Below, one piece after another: positions 13,496 to 25,625 of a stretch of DNA of 64,000 nt. The stretch spans positions 62,001 to 126,000 of the forward strand of contig JAUCBJ010002659.1 of assembly GCA_032718475.1 (NCBI GenBank), given 5' to 3'. Positions within the stretch are counted from its first letter, which is position 1. Every line of letters starts with the position of its first letter. The notes under the pieces were generated by a model. The model did not search any database, was not told where the DNA came from, and saw only the letters and a list, made by a program, of their open reading frames with translations. Source of the stretch: Nemertoderma westbladi (lineage: Eukaryota; Animalia; Xenacoelomorpha). The translations under genes and the position numbers were made by a program.

Positions 13496-13908
13496 AGGAC
13501 AATTGCCCCCCCGAGGACAATTGACCCCCGAGGACAATTGCCCCCCCGAGGATAATTGCCCCCGCATGCAATTGCCCCCCGGACAATTGCCCCGGTCTAT
13601 TGCCCCCCCCCGGACAATTGCCCCCCGAGGACAATTGCCCCCGAGGACAATTACCCCCCGAAGACAATTGCCCCCGGGACAATTGCCCCCGGGACAATTG
13701 CCCCCCGGACAATTGCCCCCCGGACAATTGCCCCCCGGACTATTGCCCCCCGGACTATTGCCCCCCAGACAATTGCCCCCCGGACTATTGCCCCCCGGAT
13801 AATTGCCCTACGAAAACATTCAAAGGATTTCAAGATTTAAAATATATTCATTAAATAAAATATCGGGGGGCAATAGTCCGGGGGGCAATTGTCTGGAGGG
13901 CAATTCTC
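13496..13908. repeat. 15-bp (GGACAATTGCCCCCC)n array with short inverted copies; foldback/MITE-like element
   Basis: About 20 direct units at 13496-13810 and three inverted units (GGGGGCAAT..TCC) at 13865-13908. Confidence 0.8.
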
Positions 13909-15054
13909 CTAGTTCCGCCCTATATACATCTCCATAAGGGTGCTTTTTACTGCAGTAATGGTGTCTGTCATCCTAAAATTGCGTTGCTTGCATAAAAAAT
14001 GCGAAAATCAAGTGGCACTCAGGAGTCGACAACCATCTCTTCTAGGCCTACAGTAAAGGGAAAACAACTTGGACTTAGACTTACAAACATCGGTTACACA
14101 ACTACGAGTTATATCCGGCTGACCGAACTGTCATCCACATTTCTGTTAATTTCTTATCTGCAAACTACAACCAAGACAAGAATCTATCTTACATCAGACG
14201 ATTCGGGAATATTAATGGCTGACCACCATTTCATCTCACAGGCCGACTACCTGATCGTTCAGCTATACGGGCACATTGTAAAGGAAACGCTCGTCCATTA
14301 TGTCTGGGTCTGCGGGGTGGTTAATGGCTTTTGTTACAACCGAGATTGTACAATGCCACGTTCGTTACGGATCGGGTGTCTTCTGCTGTAAACTGCATTA
14401 TAACAACACATGATCTACAGCTGTCCGGAATAAATATACCTTTAGAGTCCAGGTGATTTATGTGTAACTGATAGTTTATTAAAAGGGCGTGTATTTAGTA
14501 GAATTCGTCTTAGGGGCTGAAATGACACTCCAATTGGTAATATGCGTCCCGGAATAGCCTCCCCGCCCCCGACTTTGTCTACAAAATTTAATGTGATCGC
14601 ACGGAATCTGAAACAAAAAAATAGTTTGACATCCCGATAATATGGATAGTTTTTTGCTTTCAATATTAGCCACAAACGCTTTAAAAAAGTGTCTCCGCCG
14701 ATATTACGCCAATTACACTCGTTCTACCTTGTGCCCATGTGAATTCAGTTACCAATATCAAAATGCCCTCAGGCATTGTTTTCAATCATTTAGCCACTTT
14801 CAACATTCTTTCAAATTCAACATTCTCAGTTGTGGGCAAAGCAAAATATTGAAAGCTTTACGGTTTCAGTAATTAGACTCATCGAAATGCAGGTGATTGT
14901 AACATTATTTGGTAATTGTAGTCTAGAAACATTACAAAATCTGTTTACCCCCTCTTTTTTAATGTAGGCCTATTTAACAATAACAACATTCTGTACCTAA
15001 GTTGTTTGGTGTTATACATCACATACACCTGTGCGAACCTGATTTCTATGAAGA

Positions 15055-15237
15055 ATGGAGTGGATTTACCAACTCAGATTATTATTGTGGAAGAATTTCT
15101 TACTCCAACGCCGAAAACCTATTGTAACTCTATTCGAAGTATTGTTGCCGATTCTGTTCGCGGCGCTTCTGGTTGGCATTCGCACCACCGTTACACATAC
15201 ATACTACCCGGATGGCGTCAACTACACTGCCTTTGAT
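15055..15237 (+). CDS. ABCA3-like paralog B exon 1
   Basis: MEWIYQLRLLLWKNFLLQRRKPIVTLFEVLLP..., ends at GAT|GTAAGT donor (phase 0). Confidence 0.9.
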
Positions 15238-18200
15238 GTAAGTTAGTCTGCGATATGACTTGACATTTAACCCATATTCACCCACACTGACTCACACTTA
15301 TGAATAGGCAGTGATTTTTTATGTCCTTTTATTTAACTTTTTTTGTCCTCCTTTTTTTACGAATTGTGCATAATGACTTTTGTTTTCCCTTTAATGACTT
15401 TTGTTGTCCTTTTAATGACTTTTTATGTATGTATTTCTTCAAACTATCAGACTGCTGATTTCTGGACTGTCAGACAGTTGATTTCAACATGCCTATGCCA
15501 AAACATTCAAAATTTGTTGATTTCTGGTCTGTCGGACAGTTGGTTTCACTATGCCTGTGCCAAAACATTCCATAATTTATAGACTATGAAATAGATTTCC
15601 ATATGCGCCTGTGGTAAAAGACTCTAAATTTAATAGTTTGTGGTTGTTGTCGATAATCGATAACCACATGACGTAGCAAAACACTCATTTTATAGCCAAA
15701 AACAATTACCAATTGATGGAAAGGAGCAGGTTAAAGCCGGATTTTTTAACCAAAACAATAAACAGTCACTTTACCAAATGAAGGAAAGGAGCAGGTTACA
15801 GAGGCGAGCCTTTCCAACCAAAACAATAAACGATCATTTAACTAATTGAGGGAAAGGCGCGGGTTACAGAGGCGGGATTTTCTAACCAAAACAATAAACA
15901 GTCACTTTACCAAATCAGGGAAAGGAGCAGGTTACAGACACGGGATTTTCTAACCAAAACAATAAACGATAACATTACCAATTGAGAGAAAGGAGCAGGT
16001 TACAAAGGCGGGATTTTCTAACCAAAACAATAAACAATCACTTTACCAAATCAGGGAAAGGAGCAGGTTACAGTAGACGGGATTTTCTAACCAAAACAAT
16101 AAAACGATAACATTACCAATTGAGAGAAAGGAGCAGGTTACAGAGGCGGAATTTCCTAACCAAAACAATAAACGATCACTTAATTAAATTGAGGGAAAGG
16201 AGCAGGTTACAGAGGCGGTATTTTCTAACCAAAATAATAAACGATCACTTAACTAATTGAGGGAAAGGAGCATGTTACAGAGGCGGGATTTTCTAACAAA
16301 ACAATAAACGATCATTAACTAATTGAGGGAAAGGGGCAGGTTACTGAGGCGGGATTTTCTAACCAAAACAATAAACGGTCACTTTACCAAATCAGGGAAA
16401 GGAGCAGGTTACAGAGGCGGGCCTTTCTAACCAAAACAATAAACGGTCACTTTACCAAATCAGGGGAAGGAGCAGGTTACAGAGGCGGGATTTTCTAACC
16501 ATAAAACAACCGGTCAGCCGGTAGGCCTACCAGTACCGTATTTAAATGGTAGGCTGCACAGTAGGCCTACAGCAGTTCCGGTGCCGGTGCCGGTGCTAAA
16601 ATACCTAAAATACCTGCTTTATACCTACATCTGTACATGCAATTCTGCAAAATAGTGCTCTATATACTACTGTAATACCGGTACTGATAGCCTGAGAGAA
16701 CAGCAGTAGAGAAACCGGTAGCATGGAACCTAACGGTAGATTTCTGGAGGACATAAAAAGTAAAAAAAAAAGGACAAAAAAAGGATTTAAACGGACAATA
16801 AAAAGTATTGCGATATGAATACCGGTACTGTAATTCGCTAAGCCTCGAACTTGTAAAAATGACTCGCAGTAGCAGTTTCATATCGTAGACCCCACTCCCC
16901 CTACCCCCCCCCCCCCCCCCCCACTCCCCCCCCCCCCACCCTCCTCTCTCCCCAAACAAGCCAAATTGAGGGCTAGAAACGTGCAAAACTACCGTGCTAT
17001 AGGCAGGTTTGTAAAGGACCAGGTTACAGATGCCGAGTTAAGGGAAACAAAACAGGAAACGAAAGTTAACATGTGCTTTAAGATTATCCAGAATACAGTA
17101 GTACTGTAAAGGGTTAAAATCAATAAAACCCTACATTATTTCAGTTGAATACCTTCCCACCCCCGGGTCTCCGTCCTCCACTGGGAGGCCACTGGGAGAT
17201 TTCCTACAACCCCAACAATGCTGACACTAACACAATCATGGGCGCAGCCGCAGCAAGTCTTGGAGTCACATGTGAGTTGAATTAATTAATTATAAAATCG
17301 TATTTTTAAAGAGACTACAGTAAGTAGCCACGGATACTACTTTAAGCTCTGCACCAAATGCCAATGTAACGTCAAAGATGATATGTGTATCAGTAAATTC
17401 TATGGGAACTCCTGTACACTTCTACACTCCCTAGACTGTCTTGTCATCATACCTCAGGGCCTCCACTATCTCGATAAAATCTGAACTAAATAAGGTTTCG
17501 ATTACTATGCATTACTTTAACCGTTTTTATTTATACACTATTATTAGTATTGTGAATTATTAAAGTATATTAAAAGTGAAAATAGATTTTTTTGGTATTT
17601 GAACCCTTTCTATGTGACGCCACACATTTACACTTTTATTAACAGGCCTAAAGCTCATGCACAGCCTCTGCTCATTATAATATTTAAGTATATCTTTTAT
17701 TTATATAGGTGGAATTTTTATTAGGGTTTTAAAGTAATACATACCTGCCCCTTCGAAATCCTATTTTTAATTCGGAATTTCAATTAACTCCTGGGTTGGT
17801 ATTACTTTTAATCAATTTTCAAAAACTCTCCAATTTTAATAACTTTTCCGAGAAGAAGCACCTAATACTCCCTTAATACATTGCCTATACTTCGAGAACA
17901 GTTTTGTGTTATCGAGGCGCATGGCTCTCGCATCTGCTCAGTAAAGGGCAAAACTTCTCTACTTCATCTTCCAATGTAGATAGTCACTTAATTACTAACG
18001 TGTCCGAAACTCATCCATCAATATTATCTGATAGTTAATTCGAATGATAACACGAGTAGTGGGTCCTTCTTGCAGCAAAACTTAAATCCATCCCAGAGAA
18101 CAATTATAATTACAATGGCTGGTTATAATATTGGCTTCCGACACACCATGACCTACTATAACACGTTCGTGGGGACTTCGCGCAGCACGTAGTCGGCAAG

Positions 18201-21200
18201 CCTTGGCATACGGTTCATATAGAGCAAATGGGGCATGTCTAGTTTGGACCCAATATCCCATGCTATAAATGTATTCATTCGATATACAATCATATGTTAA
18301 TCCGCTAGGTGGTGTCAAATTGTTATTTTGCAATTTCGTACTTACCAGTGCAGCACTGTACAGCAGTACCGTACCGGTAGGCCTATGTCATTACTTCTGA
18401 GTCTCTAGCGGGTCCCCAATTAAATGTCTTAACTTTTCAATTTCGTAAAAGATAGACTTCATGAGACTACATGAGATAGACTACATGAGCCTTCCCGAGA
18501 AATTTAACATTTTCTAAAAACTACATAATCTGTCGTAGCTGACGTCAGACTGCATGATTTTTCACCAAACTTTACAAACTTTCTAAACTTTCTCTCTACT
18601 ACTTACCTACTAAGTTTGGTTCAATTCCGAACCAGCGATGCAGAGAAATTCGCGTTCAAACATTTACCAGACAGACGGACGGACAGACAGACGGACATGC
18701 CCCATTTGCCCTATATGAACCGTATGCCAAGGCTCGCCGACTACGTGTCTCGCCCCACAGGACATGACATACCATGATATAATATAACATGACCTGTTAT
18801 AGTAGGTCATGGACACACACAACACACCCCCACACACATCTCATCATATACTCCTTGGAGGTAGTCATAATAATATTATAATAATAATACTAATCTATGA
18901 CAATCCTCTGTGGCTCTGGGATTCTAAAACGCCTCTTACTGTAATCCTATAAAGTGATTGGTTATATTTTTTCACCCTAAATTTATTTACAGCAAATTAC
19001 AAACTATTGTTTGGTTACTCTAAACTACCCTGATACTATATAATTAATATATTTTATGAATATATTATGATATATGATGATTTTGTTACATTATTGTCAA
19101 CTTATCGAATTTCTGAATGATTAATTTATTAGCTTTAATATTGTGATGTTTATGAATATTAATAAAGTTCATATATACTTTTTACGCTAGACTTGTTTTT
19201 ATACAATTAATTGCAGTTACTTTAAGAATTGAATGGTAAATAATATTTCACTTAACATACAATTACAATATGCTATCATCGATAGTATTTATTACCATAT
19301 TTTACATTTAACAGTGAAAGATTTCCCAGATGAAGTTGATATGCTGGAGTATTTCAGCGCAATAAGTCGCTTACCCAACTCAACTAACACTTCGGCTCTT
19401 GGAGGAGTCACATTCTATACAAATGTTCCAAGTAACAGTTTAAATTATTCCATTCGGATGCATTCCTCTCCAATCAGCAACAAAGCCAAGTCGTCGTTTA
19501 TTCAAGCAACTTGGAGAACCAAAGACTTGTGGGGTAGATCGCGGCTTGCTACACCGCGAAATCAGGAAGACAATGAAGGGGGGAATAATCCCGGTTAGCG
19601 CGGGAATTCTACTATAAATCTAATAAAAATTATACGTGCAGATTTTGTTTATATACTAATAGGTAAAAATCGCTAAATTATAGAACAATAGTATAAATAG
19701 TGATGTAAATTTTAGGGTCTTTATCTCAAAAAAAGGATAAGAAATTTTCAGACTTGAAACACTTCACATAATTTTCTACCCATTTTGGCAAAAAATGTTA
19801 AGCGATGAAAAATAGTTAACATTATTATAATTATTTATATTCTCCATGACCCATAATTAATGTCATTTCCTGATGACGTGGACCCCCTTTTTTTAGACTT
19901 GATTAAATTCATCTTTACATTTCATTTAAATGTTTCACAGTCAAATCGAAAAGTAGTCTGGCGGACCCATCAACATAGGGGTTATCTCGCATTCATCAGT
20001 TGGGATGACTCACAGAAGGTAGTCGGCTTGAACAGCACACTACAGTAGGTCTGGACTTCAGTGTGTGTGGTCTGGGGGAATTCATTTTCAACCTCGACCA
20101 GCTAGCTGATGTTGTCTCGGTAACCTTCTAGGCGAAAAAATATAGGGAAATATAATATTCAATTAATATCAACTCCTAAAATTATATTTGTATCACTGAT
20201 TGACATTTGCCCCCTACTATTTGTCAGTAATATAATGACCCCATTTTCTTTTGTTTAGGTTACTTTAATGAAGGTTTTCTTCACATTCAACAAGCTATAG
20301 ATTTGGCTCACATAAATAGTGTAGCTACTACAACCAGCAATATAAACATTAAGATGAAAAGGACCCCATTTCCTCCATTCGATGATGACCCATTTGTTTC
20401 TATGATACAATCATTTATGCCTTTTCTTCTGATGTTGAGTATTTTATTTATTGCTATAAACATAATTCGATCGATTGTTCTCGAGAAAGAAACGAAACTA
20501 CACGAAACTATGAAGATAATGGGTCTCAATGCCTGGTTGCATTGGACTGCTTGGTTTATACATTACCTATTATTATTGACTTTCATTAATATCTGTGTTA
20601 CATTATTGTTGTGTATACATACAACTGAGAGTGGTGGTGTTCTGGGGCGTGGGAGTTGGAGTGTAGTGTTTGTATACCTATCTCTCTATTATCTTTCGTC
20701 TGTTTGGTTTTGCTTTTTTGTCTCTACTTTATTCTCAAAGGCTCGTACTGCAGCAGGTGTTGGCGGGATTATTTGGTTCTTGTCATATGTACCATATAGT
20801 TTTATCTCACCTAATTATGAATTGATGAACCTCCCAACTAAGATCATAGTAATGTTGATTCCCAACATAGGAATGAGTATGGGTGCTCAGACAATGGCAA
20901 AATGGGAGGGCAAAGGATCTGGAATACAATGGAACAATGTGGCACTTGAATTGTCCGTCGATGATAACTTTATGATGCTATATGTGTTTCTTATTCTTAT
21001 TGGTGATTGCATTTTTTATGGTATTTTGACATGGTATATATCTAATGTGTTTCCTGGTGAATTTGGTGTTCCCAAGAGATGGTTCTTTCCTCTCACCCAA
21101 AGCTACTGGTGTCCACAGATTTCAGATAATTATAAACTGCAAAGTTTACCATCCACATCCACGCATTCGAATTACTTTGAAGACGATCCATTCGATCTTT

Positions 21201-24200
21201 CCCCTGGGATTAGTGTTCGACATTTGACAAAAAAGTTTGTAAACATGTCGAAGCCAGCTGTTGATGATGTTAGTTTCAATTTGTATGAAGGTGAAATTAC
21301 AGCACTTTTGGGAAAGAATGGAGCAGGTAAAACTACGACCATCTCTATGCTCACTGGTTTGTTTCCTCCATCAAGTGGCACTGCTGTGGTCAATGGTTTC
21401 AGCATTGCCTCAGATATTAACAAAGTACGAAAAAGTCTGGGCATTTGTCCTCAGCATAATTTACTCTTTGACACACTAACTGTTAGAGAACATCTTGAAT
21501 TCTTCATTCGACTTAAAGGTATTTGTGACCCAGAACTGGTGAGAAAGGAAATATCTTCAACAATTGCTTCCCTTGCATTAGAAGATAAAATAAGTAATCA
21601 GGCAAAGACATTGTCAGGTGGCATGAAACGGAAGTTATCCTTAGGAATTGCTTTTACTGGTGGATCTAAGATTGTTCTTCTGGACGAACCAACAACAGGA
21701 ATGGACCCAGCTGCCCGTCGATTCACATGGGATCTGATAAACCAAAATAAACAAGGGAGAACCATCTTACTAACTACACACTTTATGGAAGAGGCTGACT
21801 TACTAGGTGATAGAATTGGTATAATGGCTCTGGGTAATATGCAATGTTATGGTACCCCATTGTTTCTGAAGAAAAAATATGGTGTTGGTTACCACATGTC
21901 TATAGTGAAGCAGCCATCATGCAATGTAAATGATTTAACTTCCAGAATTCAATCAATTGTTTCCAATTCTCTCTGTAAGTCAAATGTGGCTGCAGAAGTA
22001 ACCTTTATCCTTCCTGCTGAGCAGCGAGAGAAATTTGCTCAACTATTTACCGAGTTGGAGGATAACAAGGATCTATATGGTATCAATAGTTATGGCGCAT
22101 CCATTACCACAATGGAAGAGGTTTTCTTCAAAGTTAGTAAAGAAGCGGAAGATTCTGATCTAAATAGAGAAGACGAAGATAGATTGCAAAAGTTATCGCA
22201 TGTCAATCCAATGTACTCGAGTAACAATGATGTTGAACACAAATGCATATCTTATAACAATATTGGTGATGGTAAAGTTGATATTCGGAAAGATTTTGCT
22301 GTCGGATCTTTGGAGAATGATGTAGGATTATCGGCCTCTCAAAATAACTGTAATTTTGTTTCATATGTTGGAATTCAACTTTTTATGCGCCAATTCCGGG
22401 CAATGTTTACCAAACGTGTTCTTCATTCACGACGAAATCGTAAAATTTTAATTGCTCAACTTGCTCTTCCAATATTTTCTACTATTTTTGCCCTTTTATC
22501 AAATATTTTCATTCCAGGAAGGGGTGATTCGCTATCTTTGGTGATGAACATTTCCCAGTATGGTCCTACTCAAGCTGCTTATCAAATAGTTTCAACAGCC
22601 ACTCCATCTCCATTTTTAAACATTGGTGAAACATACAATAACTTTATAAGAGCAGCTGATGTTGATGTTGTACAACCATCTACAAGTGTTACACTAAATG
22701 ATTACTTATATAGTCGAGGTGTTGAACACCTCAGTGTATATGTAAATGAGTATATAGTTTCCAGTGACTTTAATGTTGATGGTAATGCTGTAATAGCTAC
22801 AGCATATTTTAACAACCAACCTTTCCATTCTCCATCACAATCACTAAATGCTGTCAGTAATTCTCTTTTGATGCTGTTAAGTGGAGCATCCCGGATAACT
22901 ACTATAAATTTCCCATTACCACGGACCTTAGAAGAACAGACAAAGGATCTGAATTCCGGAGCCAGTTCCATTCAGGCATTTATAATCGCCTTTTATGTTG
23001 GGTTTGGTATGTCCTTTCTGAGTGGGAGCTTTGTTTTGTTTCTGGTATCAGAGCGAGCAGTTGGTGCAAAACATATTCAATATGTTTCTGGCGTTCGTCC
23101 TATTAACTTCTGGGCATCAACCTATGCATGGGATTTGATAAACATGCTTATACCAAACCTCTTGATACTAGTGGTTTTTGTGGCATTTGGAACTGAACCT
23201 TATACTCCAGATGGCCGAATATGGATAGTTTTCTTGTTCCTTGTGATCTTCTCATTATCCATACTGCCTCTTATGTATTGTTTGCAGTTTTTATTCTCTG
23301 TTGCATCAACAGCTTTTATCATCTGCTCAATGCTCAACATAGTATTTGGCATTCTTCCTATGCTTGCTGTTTTTATACTACGAGCCGTAGGTGAAGTAGA
23401 TATAGGAGATGCACTTGACTGGGGATTTAGTTGCATACCGAATTACTGTCTGGTTACCTGTTTGGTTAACATGTACCAAAACTACATCACATTGGATACT
23501 TGCAACAAAAGTGATCTTATAAAATTTGTATGTGAATTGGGAAAAGGCACAGCTGTTTTCTATGAGGAAAATTATATTGCTTGGGAGCCACCCGGAATTG
23601 GCAGATACTTAGTGTTCATGATGGCAGAATGTGTTATTCTTTGGGTTATATTGTTTTTAATTGAAACCGGATTTGTAAGAAAAGTTATTCTGGCATGTTT
23701 TGCCATGGTGTGTAGAAAACAAGTCGACAATTATGATAATGATATCAACTCTTTACTTGATGAAGATGTTGCTCGTGAAAGAGGCATTGTAGACAATGCA
23801 AGAGATGCAAATTCCCATAAAGGGTTTGAATTCGTTCTAGATCATTTGCATAAAGTTTACAATCAGTTTAAGGTGAATCGTATAGTTGCGGTTAATGATG
23901 TGTGTTTGGCTGTTCCAAATGGTGAATGCTTTGGGCTTTTAGGAGTTAATGGGGCTGGAAAGACGAGCACTTTTAAAATGGCAACAGGAGATCTAATGAT
24001 GACATCTGGAACAGCATATATAGGTGGATTTAACATTAGAAACCAATTACAGAATGCACAACAATTAATGGGTTACTGTCCACAGTTTGATGCTCTGATA
24101 GGACAGATGACGGGTTATGAAACATTGCAGATGTTTGCCAGACTCCGAGGTATACCAGAAAGATACATTAAAGAAATGTGTGTCGATTTAATTTCACAAT

Positions 24201-24787
24201 TTTCACTTCAATTATTTGCTGACAAATTAACAGAGACTTATAGTGGTGGGAATAAACGCAAGTTGAGCACAGCTATAGCTGTTGTTGGCAATCCGAGTGT
24301 GATCTTCCTTGATGAACCCACGGCAGGAATGGATCCGGTTTCTAAACGAGTAATCTGGAATGCTCTTTGTAGAGTGCGTGATAATGGAACATCCATAATA
24401 ATAACATCGCATAGTATGGAGGAATGTGAGGCATTGTGCACTAGGCTAGCAATCATGGTCAATGGTCAGTTTAAGTGCTTGGGATCTACTCAACATCTCA
24501 AATCAAAATTTGGCCAGGGATTTTCTGTTATTGCAAAATCCAAAGCGTCGAATGGTGGTGATATTAACAAAGTGAAAGATTTTATAGAAACCAAGTTTCC
24601 TGGCTCTTTACTGAAAGACCAACATCAAGGAATTGTTACCTACCAAGTTTTGGATCAATCGCTCAAATGGGCCTATTTGTTCTCCACCATGGAAACTGCT
24701 AAAGAGGAATTAAATCTAGAAGATTACGCGGTGACCCAAACCACTTTGGAGCAAGTATTCTTAATGTTTGCACGCTCACAAAATTAG
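15055..24787 (+). CDS. ABCA3: Complete ABCA3-like transporter gene, paralog B; 4 coding exons (15055-15237, 17145-17271, 19315-19593, 20259-24787), 1705 aa
   Basis: N-terminus QLRLLLWKNFLLQRR is diagnostic of ABCA. GT/AG junctions have compatible phases (0,1,1) and give 5118 nt = 1705 aa + stop. Junction peptides WEISYNP and PGYFNEGFLHIQQAID match ABCA3 ECD1 motifs. Both TMDs and both NBDs are intact. Confidence 0.9.
15307..16813. mobile_element. Non-autonomous DNA transposon (MITE) with internal ~59-bp tandem repeats, copy 1, in ABCA intron 1
   Basis: Imperfect TIRs GGCAGTGATTTTTTATGTCC / GGACAATAAAAAGTATTGCG; TSD TATGAATA (15299-15306 / 16814-16821). A similar copy with a different TSD is at 62108-63490. 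Confidence 0.85.
17145..17271 (+). CDS. ABCA3-like paralog B exon 2
   Basis: TTTCAG| acceptor; LNTFPPPGLRPPLGGHWEISYNPNNADTNTIMGAAAASLGVT; |GTGAGT donor (phase 1). Not in the ORF track. Confidence 0.85.
18166..18758. mobile_element. Helentron-associated (HINE/DINE-1-like) or MITE element in ABCA intron 2
   Basis: ~65-bp inverted repeats (CACGTAGTCGGCAAGCCTTGGCATACGGTTCATATAG.. / ..CTATATGAACCGTATGCCAAGGCTCGCCGACTACGTG) and an internal (GACG/GACA)n microsatellite at 18670-18697. Confidence 0.6.
19315..19593 (+). CDS. ABCA3-like paralog B exon 3
   Basis: TAACAG| acceptor; KDFPDEVDMLEYF...LNYSIRM...WRTKDLW...EGGNNP; G|GTTAGC donor (phase 1). Confidence 0.85.
20259..24787 (+). CDS. ABCA3-like paralog B exon 4 (4.5-kb terminal exon: TMD1, NBD1, TMD2, NBD2)
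   Basis: TTTAG| acceptor then YFNEGFLHIQQAID, continuing into the 1494-aa ORF with GKNGAGKTT, LSGGMKRKL, LLDEP and a second NBD. Confidence 0.95.
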
Positions 24788-24897
24788 AGGATTATTCATT
24801 TGAATACTAAACCAAACGACAACTTTATATTAAAATATTATATTTGTTGAATTAATTTACATGGTATATATGATCGCATTTAAACCAAGGGAGTAAC

Positions 24898-25625
24898 GTC
24901 TTTTTATTAACTCCAAAAAGACCAAAATTTTGACAGTTAATTTTGAAAGTCCTCAGCAAGTCTCTGATCGGATGAGCATAAGCTCAAAGGATGGTATGCT
25001 TGAGCATGTGGACGACTTCTGTTACCTGGGATCTTGGATCCGGAAGTCAGGTGAGGACCTTCGAATACGTAATTGAAAGGCATGGGCAGCCTTGAATAGG
25101 CTTTCCAGGATTTGGAAGTCACCGAGAATTAATCGGAAACTTAAGGTCCGATTATTTAGCAGCTGCAGTTCCAGTACTCCTCGATGGGAGTTCATGCTAG
25201 GCTCTAACTGCTGAGGACACCAAATCTTTCGATGGCACATTCACAAGAAGGCTACGCCGGGTTCATTGTGTCAAGTACAATGCACACATCTCCAACCAGA
25301 CACTATATAACATTGGAGGTGTCTCATTGGTTCCCCCAAGCTTGACACTAGAACATAATCGCCTCCGCTTTGCAGGACATTGCTTTCGCCGTGAGGACCA
25401 GCCAGTGCATAATCTTGTACTTTGGCAGCCTCATGGAGTGAATAAGCATGGTGGACAGCCCATGACTTTCTTGAGACTCATCTTAAAGGACTCTGGCCTT
25501 GAAGATGCGGATGATCTATCAAATGTCATGGGTGATAGGGAGTTGTGGCGGCGCAATTTTGTCGACAAGCCGGCACAGCATTCTTAAAAATGCAGCTGCA
25601 ATGCAGCATGCCGATCCTAGTGGTG
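24898..25625 (+). mobile_element. 5'-truncated RTE-clade LINE fragment (same family as 55901-58305)
   Basis: Nearly identical to 57577-58300 (DDFCYLGSWIR, RLRFAGHCFR, DRELWR; 3' end GCATGCCGATCCTAG); frameshifted. Confidence 0.9.

Noticed and set aside
13930-14400. Possible minus-strand MULE/FLYWCH transposase remnant (WHC...NHPAD)
   Set aside because: Too degenerate; no catalytic motif recognisable without a search.
19940-20135. GC-richer island in ABCA intron 3 as an extra exon or ribozyme
   Set aside because: Exons 3 and 4 already join in frame at the conserved PGY motif, and no complete hammerhead core was found; probably a repeat fragment.
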